From Eledone cirrhosa (Eukaryota): DNA of 64,000 bases. Below the pieces are notes generated by a model. The model was not told where the DNA came from. It ran no database searches and worked only from the letters and a program-made list of their open reading frames with translations. The translations under genes were made by a program, and so were the position numbers. Numbering within the stretch: position 1 is the stretch's first letter; each line of letters opens with the position of its first letter. The stretch is from positions 235,414,001 to 235,478,000 of the forward strand of contig OZ024743.1 of assembly GCA_964016885.1 (NCBI GenBank), in the 5' to 3' direction. This document shows positions 25,774 through 41,190 of this stretch, one piece after another.

Positions 25774-28072
25774 ATGGAAAGGCACCAATTGGATATGTCG
25801 TTAAAAAGTATACCTATTCAGGCAAAAAAGGAATATATTCTAGGTATGATACGAAGGACCAATGATTTTATTCGACGAATCAGATGGAAAACATTCCATT
25901 TTGACAAAAGCCGTATAAACCAAACATCGGATCTTAAGGATAAATTTGGATTTAAATCTTACAAAACCCACCCTCAAACCCACTTTTGGATGCATTTGAA
26001 CAAGACCTAATGGATACGATCATGGAGATCAAATTTACAAAACAGAAAAACAATAAACTACAGAATGACATCACGGCACTGCTCAATAATCTAAAAAACG
26101 CCAATGGAATTATTGTTAGAGCAGACAAAACATCAAACGTATATACCATGGATGTGGACACTTACAATAACTTCATCCGTAAGGAATTGCATAAAAAATA
26201 CAAGAAAACTAAAGCTACACTTAAAAGCATCAACAACTCGGCATGTGAAATTGTTAAAAAAACTTTGTATTGACGATAGAACGCAACCCTTAACACCAGC
26301 TACACTATCCTTCAACCTGAAGGACCACAAGGTAAACTTCGATACTAACCCTAAAATTAGACTTATATGCCCCTCTAAATCTGATACAGGCAAAATTAGC
26401 AAATATATACTAGACAGAATTATCCCCCAAGTTAAGGCTAAAGTAGATATTAAACTATGGGGTAACACCTATGAGGCAATAAGGTGGTTTAATAGCATTA
26501 CTGATAAGAAATCAAAATTTATTCAGTTCGATATTGATGAGTATTACTCTTCAATCTCACCTGATACTCTGCATGAAGCTCTTTCGTTCGCTAAGGCTAA
26601 TTCTGACCTTACGGATGATGAAATTAGTATTATGGAAGCGAGGAAAACTATTGTTAAATTTGATGATAACTACTGGGTTCGCAATTTTGATATAACTATG
26701 GGTTCCAATGATTCGGCGGAAGTAACTGATCTTGTGGGAATTTATATCACCCACAGACTACAAGGAAAATTCAAGGATCTCCACGGTGGACTCTACCGTG
26801 ACGATGCGCTCCTATTAGTTAAGCATATGAATAACCAGAATTTAGAAAGGATGCGTAAAAATATTAGAAAGCTTTTTAAGGAACTAGGATTAAATATTAC
26901 GTTTGAATATAACCTCAAAGAGGTTAATTTCCTTGATGTTACTTTGAATCTCAATACTGGTACGATTAAACCGTTCCATAAACTAAATGAGAACCTTAAA
27001 TATGTAAATACGGGTTCTAACCATCCACCCTCTATAATTAAATCCATCCCTAGAAATATTTCCCTTAGAATCTCCCGCCTGTCGCCCAACCAGCAAACCT
27101 TCAAAGAACATGCCGAATATTATGATGATGCACTTAGGAAGGCTGGACACCTAGATAATATAGAGTATATAGTCGACGATCACCAAAACACCCAAAATAA
27201 ATCTCATAGAGGTAGAAATAGCATAGAATCACCACCATACATACACCACCGCAATAGACACACTAATAGTCGCACACCACCAAACAGAAGGCGATGTAAA
27301 GAGTATATATGGTACAACCCGGTCTATAACAACTCTATTAAAAACAATCTACCCTCACAATTCTTTCGATTAGTTAAAAAACATTTTCCAACATCACATA
27401 AATATAATAAAATCTTAAACCCTAACACTATTCGACTTTCATATTCAACCGCCCCTAATATTGAACAACATATAAAAAAGCTTAACGCAAAACGGTTGTA
27501 TAAACGCCTTCCAACACATAACAATACACGTAAAACATCGGCTATAACATCACAAAACAACAAACAACATCCCGTCCTGCCTAAGCAACCTCATCAACCC
27601 ATCCATGGTAATGCAACAACGCAAAATTATAACTGTAAATGTGTCCGTTGAACAACCAGTGTCTTGAACGCAACATCATATACAAATGTACTATCGAATC
27701 GGGTAGCCAGAAGTGGTACTATGTGGGGTCTACAGCTACCTCCTTCAAATCTCGCCTTTATAGACATCGTTACTCGATAAAACATGAAAACCAGCGTTAT
27801 GTAACAACACTCGCAGACAAGGCTTGGCAGCTGCGCGAAAATAACCAACAATTTAACCTAAAATGGGATATAATAGTTCTGCCCCTGCATATTTCCAAGG
27901 ACAGGAATTTTGTAAATTGTGTAATATGGAATTATTTTGTATTATGAAATCCAAAAATATTTTATTAAATAACAGAATAGAGCGATCGTTATACTGTAAC
28001 CATCGCTTGAAATCTACATTTTCATATTACAAACGCTACCAGGATTGTACGCCTGTCTCCATCTCCGTTTGA
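25774..28072 (+). pseudogene. PLE RT/GIY-YIG polyprotein with about 4 frameshifts
   Basis: SLKSIPI, RIRWK, ADKTSNVY, LKDHK, FDIDEYYSSI, FDITMGSNDSAE, LYRDD, FLD, SNHPP, IWYNP, CKC..CPLNNQC, IIYKC..YVGST and CKLCNME..CNHR. Confidence 0.92.
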
Positions 28073-28530
28073 TTGTCAAAATACATATTAACATTCTCTA
28101 TTAGTCTTAATTCTATCAACTTTTCTATTCTTTACCATTTAATATAAACTGCTATAGATAAAATGAGATTTCTTAATTCAATTCCCTAATGCATATACCA
28201 GCAGGCAACCAGCATTGTTGTTATACAGTAGCAGTGAAAATCTCCCTCTTCCTTAATTGACACTTTATATCTGTATTAATACTACTACACCAAATGACCA
28301 GCCCTGTCCATTGTTCAATTGGTCAAATATAGATTAAAATAGGCACTCCCAAAAATTCTTATTTCGATAAAATAAGCCATATACTCATTGTATTCTCATT
28401 AAAAACACTTCTATATATTTGTTTACCAGCAAATTGAATTGCCATCTGTCATATACTATCTCCTCTCTTCTTCCTTTCTTACAACTAATATAAATACTTC
28501 AATTTTTCTGATTTTTTCCAATTTATCCAA

Positions 28531-28648
28531 TATCTCTGAAGAAGTGACAACGGATTATACATTTGCTATCGAATACTTGCTAACATTATATGATTACGCA
28601 AGCAGCGATACATAGGTATTCCGTCTGTTACAGAAACATATGTCAATA
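28531..28648 (+). ncRNA. Type I hammerhead with a ~90-nt extended stem II
   Basis: CTGAAGA-AGTGACAACGGA..TCCGTCTGTTACA-GAAACATATGTC, with palindromic ACATATGT, a GUC site and AATAAA following. Stem I is weak and bulged. Confidence 0.78.
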
Positions 28649-28802
28649 CCTAATAAATTCCTTTATAAAAGCACTTTCATTTTATATTCATCTTTTCTAC
28701 ATTTTCTCCGGAATATAATTTATACTCGTTGAGCAAACCTACACGTACGCTGTTCATCTCTAACGTGACGATATATTATCACTACATTATTGATAACTTG
28801 AA

Positions 28803-28899
<97 letters not shown>

Positions 28900-28956
28900 C
28901 AAATGAATGAATGAAGGAGTTACAAGCCGTCAAAAAAAGTTCTTTAGATAGCTCTT

Positions 28957-29285
28957 AGTTACGTCCCTTTACGATCTGAGTTCAAATCCTGCCGAGGTTG
29001 ACTTTGCCTTTCATCCTTACGGGGTCGATAAAATAAAGTACCAGTAATGCACTGGGTAATTGCTGGCCTTGTGCCTAAAGTAGAAACAATTATTATATGT
29101 GGATTGGCAGTATTGGTAGAGGGTCGGGCGCCATGCTTTGAAGCATAGAGTTACCTCCAATTATGATCTGAGTTCAAATCCCGTCGAGGTTAAACTTTGT
29201 CTTTCATCCTTACGGGGTCGATAAAATAAAGTACCAGTAATGCACGGCAAAATTGCTGGCCTTGTGCCAAAAGTAGAAACAATTA
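28957..29285 (+). mobile_element. Two tandem Nin-domain tRNA SINE copies
   Basis: B-box gagttcaaatcc and Nin/Deu-like tttgcctttcatccttacggggtcgataaaataaagtaccag. Confidence 0.85.
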
Positions 29286-29723
29286 TATATATATATATAT
29301 TTGTGTGTGTGTGTATGTGTGTCTGTGTGTGTATGTATGTGTGTGTGTACATTAATTACGCAGATTTTTACTTCAATCACTGTTTATTTCTCAGTTTCAA
29401 GTTATTTCTATTAAGTTAGCCAGAGAAACAGGTGGTTTTAAACTTAATTTTCAGTAACTCCGTCTTTATAACTCTCCTTCAACAATTCGTTCATTTATAT
29501 TTTATTTAAGTTTACATTCCTTCCTTGTTTATTTGTATGTTTATTTTATATATATTTATTTTAATATTGATGTTTCTAGAAATTCGTTATATTGCTCCCC
29601 GCCCCTGCACCAAGCCGCCTCATTCTAGAATTTTCTTTAAAAAAAACTCAATTACGATGCGGCGACTTGCAGAGATTCAAAGATATACCAAACAGAACTT
29701 TTGACTTCAATATAAGACATATT

Positions 29724-30112
29724 AATTGTTTCTAATTTTGGCACAAGGCCAGAAATTACTCCAGTGTATTATTGGTACATTATTTTATAGACCCCGTAAG
29801 GATGAAAGGCAAAGTTAAGCTCTGCGGGATTTGAACTCAGATCATTAAGGGCCGTAACTCTTTGCTGCAAAGCATGGCGTCCGACCCTCTACCGATACTG
29901 CCAATCCACCGCCCTGACATATTAATTGTTTCTACTATTGGCACAAGGCCAGCAAATACTCAGTAGATTACTGGTACTTTATTTTATCGACCCCGTAAGG
30001 ATGAAAGGCAAAGTTAACTTCGGCTGGATTTGAACTCAGAATGGCAAGGGCCGTAACTCTATGCGTCAAAGCATGGCGTCCGACCCTCTACCGATAATGT
30101 CAATCCACCGCC
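29724..30112 (-). mobile_element. Two tandem Nin-domain SINE copies
   Basis: Reverse complements of the 37161 copy. GACATATTAAT occurs at all three junctions. Confidence 0.88.
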
Positions 30113-30307
30113 TTATAGTCTATTAAGACATATTAATGAAGAATAAATATATTAGTATGTCTTACAGCCACACACACACACCACATACACACACACAAGG
30201 AGCACATATACATACACACACACCACAAGAACATACAAATACACACACACAGCAGGAGCACATACATAGTTTTCATTCACTATGTCATGACTACTCTATA
30301 GTACAAT

Positions 30308-31225
30308 ACACCACACCACACCACACCACACTACACCACACCACACCACACTACACTACACCACACTACACCACATTACACCACACTACACCACACTACA
30401 CTACCCCACACTACACCACACTACACTACACCAGACTATACTACACTACACTATACCACACCACACCACACTACACTACTCTACACCACACTACACTACA
30501 CAACACTACACCACACTACACTACACCACACTACACTACACCACACTACACTACACCATACTACACTACACTATACCACACCACACTACACTACTCTACA
30601 CTACACCACACTACACTACTCTACACTACACCTCACTACACTACACAACACTACACCACACCACACTACACTACACCACACTACACAACACCAAACTAAT
30701 CTCCACACCACCATACTACACTACACCACATACAACACCACACTACACTACACCACACCACACTACACCTCACTACACTACACTACACCACACTCCACTA
30801 CTCCACACCACACTACACTACACCACACCGCACTACACCACACTACACCACACCACACCACACTACACCACACTACACCACACCACACTACTCCACACCA
30901 CACCAAACTACACTACACCACACCACAGTACACCACACCACACCACACCACACCACACTACACCACACCACACCACACTACACTACACGACACTACACTA
31001 CACCACACCACACCACACTACACCGCACCACACCACACCACACCACACTACACCACACCACACTACACCACACCACACCACACTACACAACATCACACCA
31101 CACTACACCACACCACACTACACTACACCACACTACACTACACCACACTACACTACACCACACTACACCACACTACACTCCACTACACTACACCAGACCA
31201 CACTACACCTCACTACACTACACCA
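30308..31225. repeat. (CACYA)n pentanucleotide repeat
   Basis: Seen directly in the sequence. Confidence 0.95.
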
Positions 31226-31332
31226 AACTTCCTGTTCTTAAAGTATACTACACTGAATAACATTTCAAAGCAGGTTACCACCAGAGATGTAACTCAGTAT
31301 AGAGATATATTTATAACTATATCATAAAAAAT

Positions 31333-31622
31333 ACAGTAACAACAACAACAATAACAACAACAACAACAACAAATACAGTAACAAGTAACGTAACAACAAC
31401 AACAACAGAAACAACTATAACACAACAACTATAGTATCAACAACAACAACTACAGTAACAACAACAACAACTACAATAATAACAACAACAATAACACGAC
31501 AACTACAGTAACAGCAACAAAAGCAACAGTAACAACAACAACAGTAACAACAACAACAGTAACAACAACATCAATAGCAACAACAACAACAACTACAGTA
31601 ACAACAACAATAACAATAACAA
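31333..31622. repeat. Degenerate (AAC)n tract
   Basis: Seen directly in the sequence. Confidence 0.9.
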
Positions 31623-31812
31623 GTTATTCAATAAAATATTATTTACAGCAGACGACACATTTCTTATTGTTAGCTGAGTCACTAACAGTTGCCAGGTAAC
31701 AGGTTCAGTGGTTGATAACTAGAGGGCAGACAGTGTATGTACGTATGTATGTATGCGTGTGTATATATGTACATATGTGTATGTATGCATGCATAGATGC
31801 ATGTATGTATAC

Positions 31813-31900
<88 letters not shown>

Positions 31901-32112
31901 CGTTTCTGAATTTGTTTAGCAAGATTCTTTATCTGAAATCGTGTGTTGAAACCGATATTGTTATACTTTGGGAGGGTCATGTTGCCAATAAGAAACACAC
32001 GCACCAGTTGCTTTCACTTCAATTTATTATATATTTATAAATTTATAAATTTACAAACTTATAAATTTCTGGTTGGTTGGTTGGTTCCACAACCAGATAG
32101 TTGTTTATATAT

Positions 32113-32157
32113 AGTCATAGTCCTTTCGTCACACACTCTGTGACCTCTTCAGTGACT
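32113..32157 (-). ncRNA. Minimal type I hammerhead ribozyme
   Basis: Minus strand: agtca-CTGAAGA-G-GTCAC-AGAGTGT-GTGAC-GAAAGGACTA-tgact, with perfect stems I and II. Flanked by inverted repeats at 31956-31992 and 32213-32249. Confidence 0.88.
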
Positions 32158-32263
32158 GGGGATTCCCTTCTTTGTTTCTGTGCCTTTCCTTTCTTCTTGT
32201 CACAACACCGAACTTATTGGCAACATGATCCTCCCAAAGTATAACAATATATATATATATATA

Positions 32264-32352
<89 letters not shown>

Positions 32353-32354
32353 TT

Positions 32355-32400
<46 letters not shown>

Positions 32401-32402
32401 TT

Positions 32403-32497
<95 letters not shown>

Positions 32498-32558
32498 GTA
32501 TGTACATACATTTATATATATACATATATATATATATACATATATGTATATATACATA

Positions 32559-32755
<197 letters not shown>

Positions 32756-32862
32756 TATACACATATATATATATACATACATACATACATATATACTTAC
32801 ATATACATATATATATATATATATTATATTATTATTATTATTATTATTATTATTGTTGTTAT

Positions 32863-33357
32863 TCCTTGAATCTCAGTCATTGATGTTGGTTAACTGGAAA
32901 GTCCGTTGGAATGAATATCAAGCCACTACCTGCAGCCTCAGATATTCAGGACGTATCGGAGGGTTCTTGCTGTTCCCAGCAAGCATGCCTTTTGAAGCGT
33001 TCCAAAAAGCGTGAAGAGGCCGATTTTCTTTAACCATCCCTGGAAACTTTTGGAGATAGTCCCCAGTGCGCCTATGACAATCGGGATCACTTTGACTTCA
33101 TGGCAGTTCCAAATCCTTTTCACCTCCCACTTTAGGTACTGGTATCGGTTAATTTTCTCCCTCTCCTTCTCTTGCACTCTCGTGTCGAAAGGGCAGGCCA
33201 CATTCACAATCAGACACGATCTTTTTTCTTTGTCCACAACCACCAGGTCAGGTCTATTGTGTTCCAGTTTTTTGTCCGTCTGTATCCTAAAATCCCACAG
33301 CACCTTCACCTGATTGTTCTCCATCACCGCCTCTGGCCTATGCTCATACCATTTCTC
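32863..33357 (-). mobile_element. R4/Dong-clade non-LTR retrotransposon 3' fragment (restriction-like endonuclease) in (TAA)n
   Basis: KWYEH.P, LWDFRIQTD..HNRPDLVVVDK, ACPFD..EK..RY..L, IVIGALG and [11 protein letters not shown]. There are (TTA)n tracts on both sides, the known Dong target. Confidence 0.9.
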
Positions 33358-34467
33358 ATTATTATTATTATTATTATTATCATTATTATTATTATTATTA
33401 TTATTAGTAGTAGTAGTAAAAATGATAAGTTTAAGCAATAAATTACTGCAGTTCTTTTCTGAAACCGAGATACATTAACCTGTAGACGCAGAGGTAAATA
33501 TTTGAAAAACGTTATGATCAAATATTGCCTTTAGAAAATAGGAAGCTATAACGGTTGTAGGTAAATACATTCTCTTGAGAGGAGCAAAATATTTGCAATT
33601 ATGTCGCCATTATGTCGAACGGGAAGAACAAATTCTTGCTATGGAAAAAACATATTCTTTTTAGAATGCCATATATGGAAAATCTTAACTATAATAAAGA
33701 AAGGAGTGCGGGACTGCATCCATAATATAATTATTTATCCCGTTTGTAAAATAAGTTAGATTACTTTGAATAAATAATGAATGAATATTACATAATTTAT
33801 CTACTAAATTTCGTAGCTTTTGATTAAATATATTTTATTGCTTACTTAAAGATTCACTTCTTTAAAATTTTCAAATGTCAACACTTCCGGTTAGTGATCG
33901 CTTAAATAAACATTCATATATTTCCGTCACTAATTTTCTCCTAATGCAGTTTATATATAAATCGTCTTTTTTTAATGTATCATGGATTACGTTACTGATT
34001 ACATAAGACAGTGTAACGCAGTCTTTGTTCAATTTCTGTGTATATTGTCAATTACGATTTTATTTGATGTATCATATCTACATGTATATATATACCTGCA
34101 TATAATATCAATATACACACTACACATCCTAGCAGAAAACCACCCTATGGGTGATTTTATCTGCCGGTGATGTTAATAAAAGTAAAATGATTAAACTTAA
34201 AAATACTGAAGATATAATAGTAAAAGTAATAATAATAAAAAGAACATTAATAGTAATTTTTATGGGTTTACATTCATGCAAGAATTTGGAGCAGATATAT
34301 ACTAAGTTTCATAACATATATAATATGTTTGATGAATATATTTCTGTGTAGAAAACTCTCAATGGACGTTTGTCCAGAGCATCAATAATTCAAATTAAAA
34401 TATATATGTATATAGCCATATATATCATTTGAGAAATACATAAAATTTAGTACATATATATATATAT

Positions 34468-34590
34468 GGTGAATGCGCGTGGCTGAGTAGTTAGAGAATT
34501 GGACTCTCAATCGTGAGATCGTGAGTTCGATAACCGGACCGGGCGATGCGTTATGTCCTTGAGCAAGACACTTTATTTCACTTTGCTTCT
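34468..34590 (+). mobile_element. CORE-like tRNA SINE, 5' part
   Basis: A-box gtggctgagtagttag, B-box gagttcgata, then gtccttgagcaagacactttatttcac. Confidence 0.75.
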
Positions 34591-35212
34591 TCTACCTGGA
34601 GTTGCGACCGATAGAAAGTATTAGCAATCGGAAAGATCAATGGAAACATTGTTTCCTCGGTCCGATTTGAAGAAAGTCGATCGACTATCGATATATATAG
34701 CCTATAATATTTAGGAAATACTGCTTTAAGGTGGAAAAGTTATTATTTTCCATACTTTGTAAAACCGGAGTGAGAATTGATCTGAACAATCAATCATCGA
34801 TTACCAACTATTGATTTTGGTATAGGTCCGGAAGACGCGAAACTAATCGTCAGAGGAAATCATCTTATTATAAGTTCCAGTACAAAATACCTTTATATCT
34901 GTCATGTTCATGAGAAGTAATCAATCCCCGTGGTGTAATTTTTAACGGCGGATATAAATAGGACTGGACGTAGTGTCCGCTAGAAAGATGTGCGATGTAC
35001 CAGCACAAGCAGCTCAACAAATTAAGAATTTCGATCAGATATATACTGATTTAAGTACCATAACATGTAATATGTATGATGAATATGTTTCTCAGCAGAA
35101 AAGTTTAACTAAGCGTAAAACTGATAATATATTTCTTCATTGTATTGCGTCGTTCACTTTGTTATCTCTCTTTACCTTTTACATATATATATATATATAT
35201 ATACATACATTC

Positions 35213-35246
<34 letters not shown>

Positions 35247-35296
35247 GTAGAGAGAGAGGTAGAGAGAGAGAAGGAGAGAGAGGGAGAGGGACGGAG

Positions 35297-35357
<61 letters not shown>

Positions 35358-35654
35358 CTTGAACAAATTGATTTCTTTTGAACTCTTACGTGGACATGTG
35401 ATGGAGGAGTAAGAAGTTCACTTCCCAGGTATGATATTCCACGTTTAATCCCATTGCGCAATGTCATCAACATAGCAGGAGATGGGGCCATACCTTTTAA
35501 GGGAAATTGAGTAGACGAATATTGTGTGGAAGTTAATCAGGTGGAGAGTAGCTGTAAACCAAGGATCTAACCTCATACATATATTGTGTTACACTGATGT
35601 GATCTGGATGTGACGTTTTGGGTACACGTCTCTGTGAAATACACTTAACACTAT

Positions 35655-35771
35655 AATTGTTTCTACTTTTGGCACAAGGCCAGCAATTATCCCAGTGTAT
35701 TACTGGTACTTTATTTTATCGACCCTGTAAAGATGAAAGGCAAAGTTAACCTCGGCGGGATTTGAACTTAA
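35655..35771 (-). mobile_element. Nin-domain SINE 3' fragment
   Basis: Matches the family at 38127. Confidence 0.85.
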
Positions 35772-36261
35772 CACCATAATTAAAGGTGGAGTGTACCAGT
35801 TGTCACACATTGTGACTCGCTGACTCGGCTTGGGAATTACGTTAATGGCCCGCGGACCAGTGGAATACTCAGCCACTTAACACTATACGAGGTTAGGCTG
35901 GAAAGTTGAAATTAATGCAAGCAAGATTTCACAGCTCTAGCATTACTCCTTCTACTTACCCTCGTATGTATCTGTGTTTCCCCCTCTCTGTCGGTATGTT
36001 TTCTGGCGGGGGGGGGGGGGGGGGGGTTCTCTTCTGTTTATTTTCTTTCTCTTCGCTATCGTCTCTTTTTTGTCTTTTCTTTCCGTAATAACTTCCTGAA
36101 GTTATTAACGCACTGTGGATAGATGTATTGTCTTTAATGTCCGAAACATCTGAGACCCACTGCAGACAACTGAAGAGGGAATTGTCTATGTCTATGTGTT
36201 TCCTTTACATTTCTAAACACCCTTTATTAGTAACTACAACACACCACCTTGTCCCTTTCCA

Positions 36262-36336
<75 letters not shown>

Positions 36337-36502
36337 GGGGTAACAAATAATAGTTAAATGCAGTCCACTTAGGTGTAGTCCAGTTATGGTATTCCGGGTA
36401 GTGGATGATATCAACGCTTGGCTTGGTTTGACTCAACAAGGCGTTTTCATAGTGATGCTGCGGGTATGCTGTAATTCCTATGTTGTAAACACTTGGAGTA
36501 AT

Positions 36503-36906
<404 letters not shown>

Positions 36907-36930
36907 GGAAAATCTGCTTCGTAGAATCGA

Positions 36931-37026
36931 GACGTATCTGACGACCGTGTTGATTTCAGAGTCAGGTGTGATCACCATATCGATCGTGCCTCGAGCTGGT
37001 CGCCCGAGAAACATTTGTAATATGTC
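36931..37026 (+). ncRNA. Type I hammerhead ribozyme with a long stem II
   Basis: gacgtat-CTGACGA-..-GAAACATTTGTA-atatgtc, with a 7-bp stem I and AATAAA immediately after. Lies between TA tracts. Confidence 0.83.
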
Positions 37027-37160
37027 CAATAAATTCCTTTCGTTGCAACACTGATTCTCCTTTTTCTGTGATATATATATCATAGATTGAGTTAGAAACT
37101 CAAAATAGTCTTTTACAAACGGCAGTTGCCTGATATAGGTTTGTTATTTTTATTGATTTA

Positions 37161-37349
37161 GGGCAGTGGATTGGCAGTATCGGTGGAAGGTCGGACGCCA
37201 TGCTTTCCAGCATAGTTACGTCCCTTTACGATCTGAGTTCAAATCCCGCCGAGGTTGACTTTGCCTTTCATCCTTACGGGGTCGATAAAATAAAGTACCA
37301 GTAATGCACTGGGTAATTTGCTGGCCTTGTGCCTAAGGTAGAAACAGTT
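37161..37349 (+). mobile_element. Full-length Nin-domain tRNA SINE
   Basis: Same head, B-box and Nin-like domain as the other copies. Confidence 0.88.
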
Positions 37350-37495
37350 ATTTTTATTGATTTATTACTTTAAATCAAGACAGGCAAACCATATTGTTTT
37401 AAATTAGTATTTTTTCAACCTAGCTAACTTGGTCATTTGCAATTCGAACAAATGTATACTTGTATCGGTGTTCACCCCTCTCATATATTCAATTG

Positions 37496-37560
<65 letters not shown>

Positions 37561-38126
37561 AAAAAGTATGACCCCAACGGCAGAGCTCAAGCCGTTTCGA
37601 CGGCTATTTCTGGACTAAATTATAATTTTTAGCCTGGTAAATAAATAGCCGAACTTGTCAAGGGGTACTTCCTTATATGGGTAGATTGTAGTTGTCAAGA
37701 GGATTGGTCAAAATTTGTTGTAAACACAAATAAGTCTGTCATGGCATTTGGTGGGAGGTAGGGGTGGATGAACTTGCCTGTAGAACAATGAGGGAGTGAG
37801 TGTAGCCGGTCAAGCATTGAAAGTGAAATCTATACACTATGGATAGTGTATGAAAAGTCGAAAAAATTGTTCTGGAGAAAATGGAGGAGGGAAGTTATAG
37901 AATAGGTAAGACAAATGAGAGTAGGAGACAATAAAAAATAATAGAAAGAAATATAAAAAAATATATAAAATTAGATAGTGAGAAATGAATAAAAAAAACA
38001 AAAACAGTAGAGTCTAGAAACAGCTGCTATAATTAGTAGGTGTTGCTTGTACGGCCAAAGCTATAGAAAAGGTTAATAAGTCGAGAATGGAAAATACTAA
38101 ATAAGAAGTGGGTAGTGAAAAAAACT

Positions 38127-38314
38127 AATTGTTTCTACTTTTGGCACAAGGCCAGCAATTATTCCAGTGTATTACTGGTACTTTATTTTATCGACCCTGT
38201 AAGGACGAAAGGCAAAGTTAAACTCGGCGGGATTTGAATTCAGATCATAAAGGGAGGTAACTCTATGCTTCAAAGCATGGCGTCCGACCCTCTACCGATA
38301 CTGCCAATCCACCG
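38127..38314 (-). mobile_element. Nin-domain tRNA SINE
   Basis: Reverse complement of the 37161 copy. Confidence 0.88.
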
Positions 38315-38611
38315 TGAAAAAGTATATTGCAAACTTTTCAGAGGTCTAACACAGCTGCTATAAATAATTAGTAAAGCGTATTCCGCCAATGCTATCTTAC
38401 AATCACAGGTTAATAAGTTGAGAATAGAAAATACTAAATAAGAAATTTTGAAATTGTAGAATTGGAGTAGTAACTAAATTGATACAAAATTACAGGGGTC
38501 TAACACATCTGCTATAAATGGTTAATAGCGGTTAATCCGATATAAGATTTGTTGGAGGTGTCCGTCCTCACGTTGCACTGGTAGATATCACGTTGCACAG
38601 TCCTATCATCT

Positions 38612-38753
38612 CATTTCTACAGCTGAGTAACTAGAGCAACGTGAAATAAAGTGTCTTGCTTAAGGAAACAACACATCACCCGGTCTGAGAATTGAACTCA
38701 CAACCTTTCGATTGCAAGCCCAATTCTCTAACCACTAAGCCATGCGCCTTCAC
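38612..38753 (-). mobile_element. CORE-like tRNA SINE
   Basis: Reverse complement of the 34468 family. Confidence 0.75.
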
Positions 38754-39146
38754 CAGATGGACGTTCAGTGGATCAAACAACTGAATGCTCATCGTCGAAA
38801 CCGACGGAGTATCTATTATATTGTTGCTGACACCAGGTGTCTCTGTTATCCATATGCTAACAAATAATTGCATTAAAAATGTCATTTCGAACATCATTCA
38901 AAACTATGTAAAAACGTATTTATGAGTTGATGTTCAGATATTGTACGATATATATTTGTGTGTGTGTGTACATATAAACTTATAAATGTATATATGTAAG
39001 ATTGCATATACGTATATCACACCCACACAAACACACACTCTCTCACACACACAAACACACAAGCTCACACAGACACTTACTCACACACACACTCGCACAG
39101 ACACACACTCACAAATACACGCACGCACGCACGCACGCACGCACAC

Positions 39147-40111
<965 letters not shown>

Positions 40112-40325
40112 CAATAAATCAATATATATATATCAATATGTGGCAAACAATTTTATCTCAAGGTGACTTTTCTCTGTAATATACCCAGAAATAATACATC
40201 CTTTTCCTTGTTAGTTACCTACTCTTGTCTAATTTTTTTTACTGTTCTTCTTACTATTGTTGTTGTTGTTACTATTGTTGTTATTGTCAAGCATTTCCCT
40301 CTTCACCCCTCTCTCTCTCTATATA

Positions 40326-40406
<81 letters not shown>

Positions 40407-40412
40407 TACATA

Positions 40413-40450
<38 letters not shown>

Positions 40451-40692
40451 TAGTCACGTTTACTCTCTCCCACTGGCAAAAATATATATAAACAATTCTT
40501 TCTCTCTTTCTTTTTTCTCTCTTCCAACGGTTTAATTTAAATATACTGTTATTTAAACCTTTCCGACACTAATTTGCATACTAAATCATAACAATAAATC
40601 TAATATCTCCACTATCCAGGAAGCTCCAACCGTTAAGGTTGCATTTTTTCAGGGTATGTCAATATTTATTTATAAAACTAATCTGTATTATA

Positions 40693-40754
40693 TTTTATCT
40701 GATGAAAGCGCACCATAATCTGCATTGGTGGCCCTTGAAATATGTATAATAAAA
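40693..40754 (+). ncRNA. Type I hammerhead ribozyme
   Basis: ttttat-CTGATGA-AAGCGCACCA..TGGTGGCCCTT-GAAATATGTATA-ataaaa. Confidence 0.83.
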
Positions 40755-40887
40755 TAAATATGGTTTTATAAATATAGTTTCCATTTGTTAATATATTGTA
40801 TATTTACTCCAATAATTTGTTGAGTGCTTTATATCAGTTATAAAAATATTTTAGCTTGTTGTATCCCAACAAATTAAATATAACCTC

Positions 40888-40937
<50 letters not shown>

Positions 40938-40938
<1 letters not shown>

Positions 40939-41190
40939 CTCACATAGAAGCACCTTTAGGCATGATAGGCTTAAGAATACAACCTCGTTGGCAGGCTATA
41001 TTTCTGTTAAAAAAAAGCCGGCACCTCCTATACTCTTAATTGGAGACAGGTGGCCAAGTCTGCACCTTATCGCCCACCGAGCAAAATGTGTAACCTGTGC
41101 CTTCTGGAAACTCACGCCATAGTTTACCCCAGACAAAACCTGCTCAATAGGAAATCTGAGATATTTTCCTCCTGTCAGCACAGAATCCTA
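40938..41190 (+). pseudogene. Hydra-like PLE GIY-YIG C-terminal fragment (frameshifted; not evident as one ORF in the track)
   Basis: Manual translation gives NSHRSTFRH..TSLAGYI / YTLNWRQVAKSAPY..MCNLCLLE..LLNRKSEIFSSCQHR. Confidence 0.82.

Larger units (their letters stand above)
25131..28715 (+). mobile_element. Near full-length Hydra-clade-like Penelope element with an inverted 5' pseudo-LTR
   Basis: 25131-25707 is the reverse complement of 28040-28697. Inserted in (TA)n and encodes RT plus GIY-YIG. Confidence 0.93.

Noticed and set aside
34468-34545. tRNA gene
   Set aside because: A and B boxes are present, but it continues into SINE CORE-like sequence, so it is a SINE head.
36095-36215. 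CTGAAGT..CGAAAC and a second CTGAAGA
   Set aside because: Possibly a decayed PLE tail, but no complete core can be assembled.
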